This document shows, in pieces, positions 55,739-64,000 of a DNA stretch of 64,000 nt; positions within the stretch are counted from its first letter, which is position 1, and every line of letters starts with the position of its first letter. Source of the stretch: Fluviicola sp. (GTDB lineage Bacteria > Bacteroidota > Bacteroidia > Flavobacteriales_D > Crocinitomicaceae); assembly GCA_002733985.1 (NCBI GenBank), contig NVXP01000013.1, forward strand, positions 4,310 to 68,309, read 5' to 3'. Both the position numbers and the translations under genes were made by a program. The notes beneath the pieces are model-generated. The model was given only the letters and a program-made list of their open reading frames with translations, did no database searches and was not told the origin of the DNA.

Positions 55739-57292
55739 CTACTTCACTTTCAATAACTTCGAGTGAACCAAACCAGACTCCTTTTTTATCTGAACAATGT
55801 ATTCACCAGCTGGTAAATCATCTATCTGCATTGGAATATTGTGTTCTCCTTGTGAAAGGTTACCATCATACACAGCAATTACCAATCGGTGCTGAATATC
55901 GAAAATATCCACCTTCACCCATTCGTTTTGAGCTACAAAGCGAATCGTTGCATTTGTATTGGCTGGATTCGGATAAACAATCGCTCTTGCAACAGTCAAT
56001 TCTTCTTCCTCAATTCCAACATTACACGCTCCAAGAATTGGATAGTACGTAATGGTATGTTCGAAGAAGGTTTGGATTTCTGCTGTTGGAACCTCGAACC
56101 AATCTTTCAAGATCGAAGCATAAATATCTCGGAAATCATATTGCATTGGAATTCCTTCTTGAGTAACAACTGTATTTCCAATTACAGGATTTGCACCCAT
56201 GATATTCGTATTCAAACATGAACCAAATAAGAACATTGGAGCGGCATCACCGTGATCAGTTCCTAAACTCGCATTAGAAGCAACTTGTCTTCCGAATTCT
56301 GAGAAGGTCATTCCTGCTACACGTTCATGATGATTCATTTGTTGCAAATCCGCTTGAAATGAAGAAACTGCATCTGAAATACGCTTTAATAAATCTGCGT
56401 GCGATCCTTCTTGCGTTGATGTTGTTGACACTTGCGCATTGTGCGTATCAAATCCATTTACATTCAGGATATATACATTCGTCTGCAAACCTCCATCGAT
56501 CATTTGAGCCACATATCTCAATTGCTGAGCCAGCGGATTTGTTAAATCGTACAAAGATGCGAGACTAGCTGTTCCATTCGTAGCAGCAGTATTCACTTGA
56601 GCGCCAAAAGCATTCGCCTGATTGATTAGCGTCGTCAAATACTCCATGTGATCGCCATAGTACGTTCCATCATTTGTTGCGCCTCCACTCGAAAGGTTGT
56701 AGACATCAAAAGGATCTTCCACTGCATGACAGAAGTTAGCCATGATTCCTTGACAGGTTGCCGAAACATCGTAGCCCAAACTAATTGCAAATGGGTCCGG
56801 ACATTGCGTTGACGGGTAACCCGTTGGATAGCCAGGGTATTCACCATCCAAAAACCGACCTAACCAACCAGTATCTGCTTGTGAATCAATCAATCCTGAA
56901 GACCAAATATCCATTGATCTAAAGTGTGATCTATTCTGTTCAGGGTAACCAACATTTTGAATAATTCCTAAACTTCCAGAATCATACATTGCTTTCATTC
57001 CAGTCATTTTTGGGTGCAGCCCCACTTCTGTCGTTAATTCTAGAACATCGTTTTCTGGAATAAGAACATTGCTTCTTTGGATTGTTAAGTTCGAGTATTG
57101 ATCTCTTGGAATAACAGTATTTAGTCCATCATTACCTCCATTCATTCGAATAATAACCAAAATACGATCCTCATTACTCTTGGCTATGCTAAATAATTTC
57201 TTGCCTATCGATTGCACCTTCATATCATTGAGAAGTACAGGAGTCCCCGCTGATACAAGTGCTAAGCTTCTTACAAAATCTCTTCTTTTCAT
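55739..57292 (-). CDS. DUF1501 (sulfatase-fold) protein with an N-terminal twin-arginine signal and a C-terminal T9SS type A sorting domain
   Basis: Tat motif MKRRDFVRSLAL. DUF1501 blocks RMNGGNDGLNTVIP, GFDTHNAQ and FSEFGRQVASNASLGTDHGDA. C-terminus VYPNPANTNATIRF...GEYIVQIKKESG...KLLKVK. Confidence 0.8.
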   Translation of the reverse strand: MKRRDFVRSLALVSAGTPVLLNDMKVQSIGKKLFSIAKSNEDRILVIIRMNGGNDGLNTVIPRDQYSNLTIQRSNVLIPENDVLELTTEVGLHPKMTGMKAMYDSGSLGIIQNVGYPEQNRSHFRSMDIWSSGLIDSQADTGWLGRFLDGEYPGYPTGYPSTQCPDPFAISLGYDVSATCQGIMANFCHAVEDPFDVYNLSSGGATNDGTYYGDHMEYLTTLINQANAFGAQVNTAATNGTASLASLYDLTNPLAQQLRYVAQMIDGGLQTNVYILNVNGFDTHNAQVSTTSTQEGSHADLLKRISDAVSSFQADLQQMNHHERVAGMTFSEFGRQVASNASLGTDHGDAAPMFLFGSCLNTNIMGANPVIGNTVVTQEGIPMQYDFRDIYASILKDWFEVPTAEIQTFFEHTITYYPILGACNVGIEEEELTVARAIVYPNPANTNATIRFVAQNEWVKVDIFDIQHRLVIAVYDGNLSQGEHNIPMQIDDLPAGEYIVQIKKESGLVHSKLLKVK

Positions 57293-57310
57293 CTCGTTAT
57301 TTTTTGGGAA

Positions 57311-58927
57311 CTATATCGTTTGAAATTCTGGCATGTGGAATACCTGTTGCAATACCAAATCAACGCGTTGTTTTATTGGATCGGAATACGTTGCGTTTCC
57401 TGGATTCGCTAGGTATTCATTGTACTGCAATGTCCATTCAAAATCAGGTAAACCATTTGTTAGAACAGCCTTTAAAATAACTTTCTGAGTTGCTGACATT
57501 CCTTTCGGAGTGAAAACATCGGCAATATCATCTATCACTGCAATCGCATCTGCTGGAAGTGAAAGATTATCTAAGAACGTAAGTATGCTCAATTTCCAAT
57601 TGCTTCCATTCCCTGGGATGCCTGTCAATAAGGTCATGAAATCGGTAATCTGAAAACGCGTTTTTATCAGCGCTGAGTTTACCCACAACTGTGAATAAGC
57701 TGGTGTTTGATAATAAGCTGGCCAACCTGCAACACTTGGAGGCGAGGCATAAGCTTGCCCCATTACTGTTGCGAACTGATATACAAGCAAGTACATTTCC
57801 GAATCCGTGACCAAATCAAACCCTGGAATCGATTCAGTACTATTAAACATAGAAAAGGTCATGTCGATGGGGCTTTTAATCAAGGCTCCACGGACAGATA
57901 AATCATAGAAATGCTCGCTTAACAGCAATTCTGTCATTACAGGAAGTATTTCATAATTATTGGAAATCAAGGTCGCAGCCATGATCGGAATTACGTTCGT
58001 TTCGACGTCCGTTGTTAAATCATAGTTGACATAATAGCGGTACAATTTCCTACATATATATTCTGCTGCTGCGTTTTGCCCAAAAATAATATCAATGTAA
58101 TCTGAGTATTCATTGGCACCATTATCTGGAATAGTTGCGTTTCCAAAATGAGCAGATAATGTTTTCGTTGATGTGTCGTGTAATAATGGTGTGAAATTCG
58201 ATACTACATCTGTTAGTGTGCTACTTCCAAGTCCATCTACCAAATATCCCGTTAAGATTTTCGCACCAGCAGCAACATCATCTTCCGTGTAATTCGTATA
58301 ATCACCAGGACCAATTTGTGGCCCTTTACCTACGGTAAACAATTCAAGTAGTTCACGCGCATAATTTTCATTGGGACTATATAAAGTATTCGTTGCACCG
58401 TTCAAGAACAACAGCATCGCTGGATTGATGGTCATGTCCTTTACAAATTGCTTGAAATTTCCTAGGGCAAATTGCCGAATAAGATCAAAGTAATCGAATG
58501 TTGCTCTAGGGTCTGGTGCCACCGTACTCGCAAAATGATTTTGCCAAAACAAACACATTTTTTCCGCGATCGTGAATTGCTCTTCATTCACACGCGTCAT
58601 CAGCCATGTTGCAAGTGAAAAATTTCTAGCCTCCACTGTTGCAAGAAGATCTGCTTGCACCGTTGGATAAACATCATTCACCCATGAATTTCCAAATGCT
58701 GTTATCGTTTCAGCAGGAAGATAAGCTACGGGTTCAGCAATAACAGGGATTTGAAGTAAATTCCCAACAGTTATTGCCATTCCATCTGATTCTGCAGTAA
58801 GAATTTGTTGATTGGTAGGGCCGAAAAGTGTTCTTCTCAAAAGGTGACCAGCTTCTATCTTCGTCCATGGTCCACTGTAGGGTGCCATGTTATACGAAAT
58901 CGGGCCGTTGTCTATTTGTTCAGGCAT
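57311..58927 (-). CDS. DUF1800 family protein (no evident signal peptide)
   Basis: Blocks HLLRRTLFGPT, LFWQNHFAS and NENYARELLELFTVG. Lies 18 nt upstream of the DUF1501 gene. Confidence 0.8.
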   Translation of the reverse strand: MPEQIDNGPISYNMAPYSGPWTKIEAGHLLRRTLFGPTNQQILTAESDGMAITVGNLLQIPVIAEPVAYLPAETITAFGNSWVNDVYPTVQADLLATVEARNFSLATWLMTRVNEEQFTIAEKMCLFWQNHFASTVAPDPRATFDYFDLIRQFALGNFKQFVKDMTINPAMLLFLNGATNTLYSPNENYARELLELFTVGKGPQIGPGDYTNYTEDDVAAGAKILTGYLVDGLGSSTLTDVVSNFTPLLHDTSTKTLSAHFGNATIPDNGANEYSDYIDIIFGQNAAAEYICRKLYRYYVNYDLTTDVETNVIPIMAATLISNNYEILPVMTELLLSEHFYDLSVRGALIKSPIDMTFSMFNSTESIPGFDLVTDSEMYLLVYQFATVMGQAYASPPSVAGWPAYYQTPAYSQLWVNSALIKTRFQITDFMTLLTGIPGNGSNWKLSILTFLDNLSLPADAIAVIDDIADVFTPKGMSATQKVILKAVLTNGLPDFEWTLQYNEYLANPGNATYSDPIKQRVDLVLQQVFHMPEFQTI

Positions 58928-58987
58928 GTGTAGTATGTTTGGAACATTGAAAATACGAAAAGTGATTTAGATAGACAATCTAATGAT

Positions 58988-59128
58988 CTGTTATTCATTT
59001 GTTAATGATAAGTCATAACCGATCATGCATTCTCAGCATATATCACCAAACATTACTTTATGAAACAATCACTTATTCTTCTATTCGGATTATTCTCAGT
59101 TGCCAATTATTCTGCTGCTCAAGACTCC
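58988..59128 (+). repeat. Left copy of a ~140-bp direct repeat bracketing the FMO-SDR-S8 cassette
   Basis: Aligns with 63134-63273. Includes a 49-bp perfect core tatatcaccaaacattactttatgaaacaatcacttattcttctattcg (59039-59087 = 63184-63232). Confidence 0.9.
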
Positions 59129-59140
59129 GGAGAGATATAA
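59060..59140 (+). pseudogene. Signal-peptide-only remnant (26 codons) of a paralogue of the 63205 gene
   Basis: MKQSLILLFGLFSVANYSAAQDSGEI* compares with MKQSLILLFALFSAANYSSAQDSDPIQ... at 63205. Confidence 0.7.
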
Positions 59141-59172
59141 GATAACTGAACCATCACGGGGGAAATTTATAT

Positions 59173-60873
59173 TCATTTAGTCATCCTTCTACGAAAAGAA
59201 CTATTTCGGTTTACTCCTTGTTTTCCCACAAGGAATTGGTTAAACGAACTACTGCCAGAGGATTCAAACTCACGTATGGAACGTTTACATTCGTCTGTGG
59301 TTGGTGCAAACGATGGATCGAGGAGTTTTTCAACATCGAGCAATCCACGGAAATTACGATACCACCGCTTTGTCCATTTAATTTTTTGATTCAGAAGCTC
59401 ATTTTTGGAATGAAACAACCCATACCTAAAAGCTTCCACCACCCGATTATTCAATGCATTTGGATGATGTGAATTGTGTTGTGTGTAAAATTCGTCCTGC
59501 CTCAAACTCTCAGAATAAACGTGTTTCCAAAGTGCTGCAGCCGAAGAAACGTGAACAGTCGCCTGACTTGTTGCACCCCCAAATTTATAGAGGTGCCCAT
59601 TCTCCAATTGTTCTTTCAACTTTCCATCTTGAATTTTATCAAGTGATATTTCAAATGGGGTGTAAATGTATTTGCCAGGAGCTGAAATGTCAACATTAGT
59701 CCCTCCACAGGATTTAGACCATGGAATTAATTGTAATTCTTCTTCAAGCATTATCGGCTCCAGCGCAGCCACAGCAATTGTCTCGAAGTATTTCGCTGGT
59801 TTCACTATTCCAAATAATGTTGAGTAGAAGCGTGAATTTCCCGCTGCGCAAACAACGATGATACCTTGGTTATATGCCTGCCTAATTTTGTTGCGTATGA
59901 CTTTGTCCTTTTTCCCTCTAAACCCTCCTCCTAGGCTAATGGTAATGATGTCGGCTTGACGTTCGATGGCATGATCCAACCCAGCAATAATGTTTGCGGC
60001 ATCACTTACATTGTTGAAGAACTTTGTCCCTAATTTACCGCCCAAGATCACTGTTTTGCTCGCTTTTAAACACGTGAAGTCCACATAAGGGAACAATCCT
60101 TGCGAGATTTTCGTTTTGAAGATCGCATCGAGTTCGCTGAAAATTGTCTCTAAGGTATTCGGCCAATCCCCTTTTTCTAGGCCAGTTATTCCAATCATCG
60201 TCGCTGCTGTAGAAGTACTATGCCCCGGCTTTTGAAAGCCTCCCATAAGCAAATAATAGCTCTCAAGATCGTCCTTTCCCGCAATTCGTTTTAGCTGATC
60301 ATTGAGTGCGACCGAAGGAGTTTGTTCTTTTTCAATGGAATTATATCTCGGGTAATCAAATACAACGGGATGCGTAGAATGACCACTGTCAAATTGAAAA
60401 ACTTTGATCTCGGTCGCAAAAGCACCAAGAGACAAGTCTAGACTTCCATACTCGTTTTTTCCTTCACTAACGTATTGTATCGCCTGGGGAAAACGAACAC
60501 AATCATGGTTCCACAAGTAGTTCGGCTGACTTGTCTGTTGTCCCGATTTGTCAATTAACCTGGGGATATTAACGTTCCATTTTTCCTGTGTGGCTGACCC
60601 ATTCATGGTGCTGTTCAAGGTATTCAGGTCGTAAAACAATTTCCCACCATGCTGCTTAATGAGTTTTCGTACACGATTTTTGATCCGTGCTATTTTGCGC
60701 GTTCGTCTAGATGGCAATTGAATTGAGATCAACAATTCCTGACGATCGTTTATACTAAAAGTTCGTTTTGAATTTCGAGCACCCAAAATTCTGAGAACTG
60801 AAGTAGAGAATTTCTTCTCCTCAAGTTCTGTGGGAATCTGAATTTTCATTGATATGTGTACATGTTCTTTCAT
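59173..60873 (-). CDS. Subtilisin-like (S8) serine peptidase homologue with no signal peptide and an unknown ~150-aa N-terminal region
   Basis: Triad contexts VFQFDSGHSTHP (Asp), PGHSTSTAATMIG (His), VCAAGNS (oxyanion Asn) and GGATSQATVHVSSAAALW (Ser). ATGA overlap with the SDR stop. Confidence 0.7.
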   Translation of the reverse strand: MKEHVHISMKIQIPTELEEKKFSTSVLRILGARNSKRTFSINDRQELLISIQLPSRRTRKIARIKNRVRKLIKQHGGKLFYDLNTLNSTMNGSATQEKWNVNIPRLIDKSGQQTSQPNYLWNHDCVRFPQAIQYVSEGKNEYGSLDLSLGAFATEIKVFQFDSGHSTHPVVFDYPRYNSIEKEQTPSVALNDQLKRIAGKDDLESYYLLMGGFQKPGHSTSTAATMIGITGLEKGDWPNTLETIFSELDAIFKTKISQGLFPYVDFTCLKASKTVILGGKLGTKFFNNVSDAANIIAGLDHAIERQADIITISLGGGFRGKKDKVIRNKIRQAYNQGIIVVCAAGNSRFYSTLFGIVKPAKYFETIAVAALEPIMLEEELQLIPWSKSCGGTNVDISAPGKYIYTPFEISLDKIQDGKLKEQLENGHLYKFGGATSQATVHVSSAAALWKHVYSESLRQDEFYTQHNSHHPNALNNRVVEAFRYGLFHSKNELLNQKIKWTKRWYRNFRGLLDVEKLLDPSFAPTTDECKRSIREFESSGSSSFNQFLVGKQGVNRNSSFRRRMTK

Positions 60874-61640
60874 TGATTATTCGTCATATTGTGAATCATT
60901 AATTTCATGTATAAATTTGGATGCCTTTTTGCCAAGAGACTGATCAACAATGCTCTGAGACTTGGGTTGAGTCTCCTTTTCTTCCAATTCCAGGCAACTC
61001 TTATGCGTCGTGCCAGTTGTTTTGGAGATCCATGCGATTTGTTCTTTTCTTGCTTGAATTTGGCTCTAAGTTGTGTCCTAATAAAGTCCGGATAGACCAC
61101 TAAAATGTCAACCTCTTTCTGGCATTCGGCTCTCAGTGTTTCGAAGAAACCACGAAGAGCGTGTTTGGAGGATGTGTATGCTCCTCTGCCAATTAAAGGA
61201 GAGAAACCTGTCACACTGTTAATCACTATAATCGTTCCTTTATTGACTTTCAGCGTAGGTAAAAATTCTTTGGTTAGCGACACTGAAGACCAGAAATTCA
61301 CTTCAAAAACATCGCGCATTTTATCCAAATCACAGGTGATTATTGGCTCTATATGAGTAATACCAGCATTGTTGATCAGAATGTCAATTCCACCGTACTT
61401 GGTGAGTACAGAAGTCGCATACTCTGAATTGGCATTAGGAGCCGTCAAGTTGAATACGCTTATGTCATGCATAATCCCCAGTTGATCCAGTGTGTTTGTC
61501 AACTTCTGAACTGCTTTAACATCTTTATCTAACCCCAATACAAAGCAACCTCGGGATCCAAATTCAATTGCCAATTGGCTCCCAATTCCCCCAGCTATGC
61601 CTGAGATTAACACCTTCTTATGTTTTAATTTCCTTCTCAT
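60870..61640 (-). CDS. Classical short-chain dehydrogenase/reductase
   Basis: VLISGIAGGIGSQLA (TGxxxGxG-like), NNAGI and YTSSKHAL (YxxxK). The ATG at 61640 forms an ATGA overlap with the FMO stop. An alternative ATG lies at 61661. Confidence 0.85.
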   Translation of the reverse strand: MRRKLKHKKVLISGIAGGIGSQLAIEFGSRGCFVLGLDKDVKAVQKLTNTLDQLGIMHDISVFNLTAPNANSEYATSVLTKYGGIDILINNAGITHIEPIITCDLDKMRDVFEVNFWSSVSLTKEFLPTLKVNKGTIIVINSVTGFSPLIGRGAYTSSKHALRGFFETLRAECQKEVDILVVYPDFIRTQLRAKFKQEKNKSHGSPKQLARRIRVAWNWKKRRLNPSLRALLISLLAKRHPNLYMKLMIHNMTNNQ

Positions 61641-62935
61641 ATCCGCAACATTGTTGACCATTTATGAAGTTGTTTCAAGTAGGTCCGTTTATTTACATAA
61701 TAACCCATCCGTCTTAAGTTTTTATAATTTATACTGCCGTTCATGGCCGTTCGTCCATTGCTTTTGTGTCGATTCATTTTGCAAAAGCCGCGTGTATTCT
61801 TGTCCTTATTTAAGATGTATAATGCGATTAATTTGGCCTGTTTGTTTTTCCCTTCCCAACCAATGGCTGTAGATTCAATGAGCCCAGCAATAAACAAATC
61901 GTCGTCAAATGGGTGGAAAATATTTAAGAACAGGTTGGGTACTTCATTCTCCCAGTTGAGGTACTTCTTCTCAATAAATGGATAGGAAATCTTATAGCCA
62001 GTAGCCAAAAGAATCAGATCAAATGTTTCGACAGTATTGTCTTTAAAAATAACTTGCTTCCCATCGAGCCGCTTGATATTAACCTTAGGAAAAATGTCTC
62101 CGTGTCTGATGTGATGTAACACAAGACTGTTTAAAACGGGGTGAATTTCGAATAACTTATGATCCGGTTTTTCTAAACCGTAATCTTCTGGTTTTCCAAT
62201 TGAAATCCCCGTCAGTATCCTAGAAATGAATCGTTTTATGGGAATTGGAAATCTTAGCCTTTCACCTACAAGATCGGTAGGAGTCCCAAATAAGAATTTC
62301 GGAAGATAGTGGTACCCACGTCGTGTACTCCAATGAACCGACTCCGCACTTTTTACTGCGTCCACTGCGATGTCGCAAGCACTGTTCCCTCCCCCTACGA
62401 TAAGTACTTTTTTGTCTTTGAATAAATCAGTTGATTTGTAGTCGAAAGAATGTACGATCTCACCGTCAAAGGTTCCTTCGAAGTTTGGTTTGTAGGGAGT
62501 ATGATAAAGACCTGAAGCGAGCACAAGTCCTTTAAACTGGTATTCGGACGAGTTTTCAAATTGAACGAGCCAGCCCTTAGAATTCTTTTTTACGTGCTGA
62601 ACTTCTGTGTCGAATGAGTAGTGTTCTCTGAGTTGATAAAAGTTGGTGTATTCATCCAGGTATTCTTTCATGGCATAGTGTGATGGATAGTCCGCGCTAT
62701 GGTTCATTGGAAAATCTGCAAATTCCGTATTCGTTTTTGAGGATATGGTGTGGGCAGATTCATACATGGCACTTTTCGAATTGGTAATGTCCCATACTCC
62801 ACCGATATCATGAGATGCCTCCACTGCATAGAAAGGGATGTTAAAATCTAGAAAGTTCTTAGCACAGGCAAGACCTGCCGGTCCCCCTCCAATAATGAGG
62901 TATTTACCCTTTGTATCATTCCAAATTTTCTTCAT
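61637..62935 (-). CDS. Class B flavin-containing monooxygenase (FMO-type)
   Basis: FAD motif IIGGGPAGL, exact FMO-identifying motif FxGxxxHxxxY (FDGEIVHSFDY), and NADPH motif IVGGGNSACD. Confidence 0.85.
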   Translation of the reverse strand: MKKIWNDTKGKYLIIGGGPAGLACAKNFLDFNIPFYAVEASHDIGGVWDITNSKSAMYESAHTISSKTNTEFADFPMNHSADYPSHYAMKEYLDEYTNFYQLREHYSFDTEVQHVKKNSKGWLVQFENSSEYQFKGLVLASGLYHTPYKPNFEGTFDGEIVHSFDYKSTDLFKDKKVLIVGGGNSACDIAVDAVKSAESVHWSTRRGYHYLPKFLFGTPTDLVGERLRFPIPIKRFISRILTGISIGKPEDYGLEKPDHKLFEIHPVLNSLVLHHIRHGDIFPKVNIKRLDGKQVIFKDNTVETFDLILLATGYKISYPFIEKKYLNWENEVPNLFLNIFHPFDDDLFIAGLIESTAIGWEGKNKQAKLIALYILNKDKNTRGFCKMNRHKSNGRTAMNGSINYKNLRRMGYYVNKRTYLKQLHKWSTMLRI

Positions 62936-63133
62936 ACGTCATAAAAGATGCAATGGCCGTGAAACAACCACTACTATAGTTTACCTATCTTCAGATCAGA
63001 TAGTTACATGAATAATGGTAAAGTATTCTAAATGGCGTAAAAAAAAGAATCAACCATTCTATTTGAGTAGGAGATAAGTATGTTTGGATATATATAAAAT
63101 ACAAAAATTGACTTACACACACAACATAAAAAA

Positions 63134-63273
63134 CTGTTATTCACTCGTTAACAAAAAATGTAACCTATCATAAATTCTCATCTTATATCACCAAACATTA
63201 CTTTATGAAACAATCACTTATTCTTCTATTCGCACTATTTTCAGCTGCCAATTATTCCTCCGCTCAAGATTCA
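63134..63273 (+). repeat. Right copy of the direct repeat bracketing the cassette
   Basis: See 58988-59128. Covers the promoter region and the first ~23 codons of the 63205 gene. Confidence 0.9.
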
Positions 63274-63699
63274 GACCCCATACAGTTTCCTCAACTCATC
63301 ACTGGAGGAGGTCACAATTTCCAAGTTATCGGAACAGATTCTCATGCCTTCGTGGATTCCCTTTTTACACAGTTTTCAGGCACAAAACGGAAAGGCTACG
63401 TATGGAAATTTAGAAAAGTTGAAATTCCCGGTATTTCAGAACCAGTGACACTTCAAGTTCATCAAGGAATAAAGGGCTATTACGAAAAGGAAAAGTGCGA
63501 TACCAATTCATGCGGAGGCGGTTCTTACTTTCACACATTTACAAGTGAGAAGTATAAGAAGAGTTTACTCAGTAGGAAAACGGACTTGGAACATCCCGCG
63601 ATTATTATCTACATCAAGAGAGGGCGCCAATACGGTTTAAAAACGAAAGAAGAAGCGGAAATTGCAAAGGCTTACCTCAGATCAATCTTCGAAGGGTAA
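63205..63699 (+). CDS. Hypothetical secreted protein
   Basis: Signal peptide MKQSLILLFALFSAANYSSAQ; 164 aa; no recognised domain. Confidence 0.6.
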   Translation: MKQSLILLFALFSAANYSSAQDSDPIQFPQLITGGGHNFQVIGTDSHAFVDSLFTQFSGTKRKGYVWKFRKVEIPGISEPVTLQVHQGIKGYYEKEKCDTNSCGGGSYFHTFTSEKYKKSLLSRKTDLEHPAIIIYIKRGRQYGLKTKEEAEIAKAYLRSIFEG

Positions 63700-63738
63700 G
63701 TCTGAGTTTGTTGGATTAGTGGCGGTGTTGATTTTGAC

Positions 63739-63778
63739 GATTGTTAGATTGTTGGATTGTTGGATTGTTGGATTGTTT
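63739..63778. repeat. Octanucleotide microsatellite GATTGTTR x5
   Basis: gattgtta gattgttg gattgttg gattgttg gattgttt, located 31 nt upstream of the ATG at 63809. Confidence 0.9.
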
Positions 63779-63808
63779 ATATCTTGCGATAACCACAACA
63801 CAATAGCA

Positions 63809-64000
63809 ATGAGCGATCGCACAATTGAAGAAATAATAGATTCCCTCGAACAGATTATTCAGACCTCAAAGGAAACAGAAAATCCTTTGGGATATTTTGC
63901 AGCACTCTATCAAAAAGTCACGATTACGATCAAAGACAAACTTGGTACTGATTATTTCGACGACGATGCTCGAATGGAAAAATTGGATGTGACATTTGCC
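63809..64000 (+). CDS. Partial CDS (5' end only), possibly DUF5995-like
   Basis: Open frame from the ATG at 63809 to the window end (64 codons): MSDRTIEEIIDSLEQII...NPLGYFAALYQKVTITIK...ARMEKLDVTFA. The family assignment is from memory of the GYFAALY / RME.LDV.FA pattern. Confidence 0.5.
   Translation, partial: MSDRTIEEIIDSLEQIIQTSKETENPLGYFAALYQKVTITIKDKLGTDYFDDDARMEKLDVTFA

Noticed and set aside
62936-63204. Small precursor-peptide ORF upstream of the FMO gene (for example plus-strand MVKYSKWRKKKNQPFYLSRR around 63016-63078)
   Set aside because: It lies on the opposite strand to the operon, is only 20 codons long with no obvious ribosome-binding context, and I have no conservation information. 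It is noted as something to test, not called.
1-64000. tRNA, rRNA, transposase, integrase, phage or toxin-antitoxin genes
   Set aside because: There is no T-loop GGTTCGAATCC-type sequence in any spacer; the one gggttcgaat hit at 23726-23735 is inside the kinase gene. No rRNA-like stretch and no ORF with DDE, Tyr- or Ser-recombinase motifs was seen.

Overview
AT-rich, densely coding 64-kb chromosomal window that looks like Bacteroidota, probably class Flavobacteriia. This is inferred from many T9SS C-terminal sorting domains, the ftsX-DUF3098-uppP-truB synteny, and a TAnnTTTG-type promoter box. I support about 55 CDS. I found no rRNA, tRNA, CRISPR array, transposase or integrase. Positions 1-23 kb are housekeeping genes, almost all on the minus strand: two CoxIII-like subunits plus ctaB, queA, truB, uppP, ftsX, a SWIM/SNF2 helicase, accC-accB-fabH, rpmF-yceD, and pdxA-pepA. 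Positions 23-45 kb and 52-64 kb are accessory-like: an orphan HisKA_2-type kinase; a coupled lipoprotein plus two tandem ~1270-aa secreted MORN-variant proteins; ygiQ; an ECF sigma paired with a membrane VWA protein; six T9SS-tailed cargo proteins, including an amidase_2-CUB fusion and a Tat-signal DUF1501 paired with DUF1800; and an ATGA-coupled FMO-SDR-S8 peptidase cassette bracketed by a ~140-bp direct repeat that leaves a signal-peptide-only gene remnant. The intergenic DNA is unusually structured. It holds a dispersed palindromic (REP-like) element GATGC..CCCGATA..TATCGGG..GCATC-AAGACCTT, a second repeat family that forms a 55-bp x2.8 tandem array, GTTGGATT-rich long spacers, and an 8-bp x5 microsatellite. 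All family assignments come from motifs read by eye. No database search was run.
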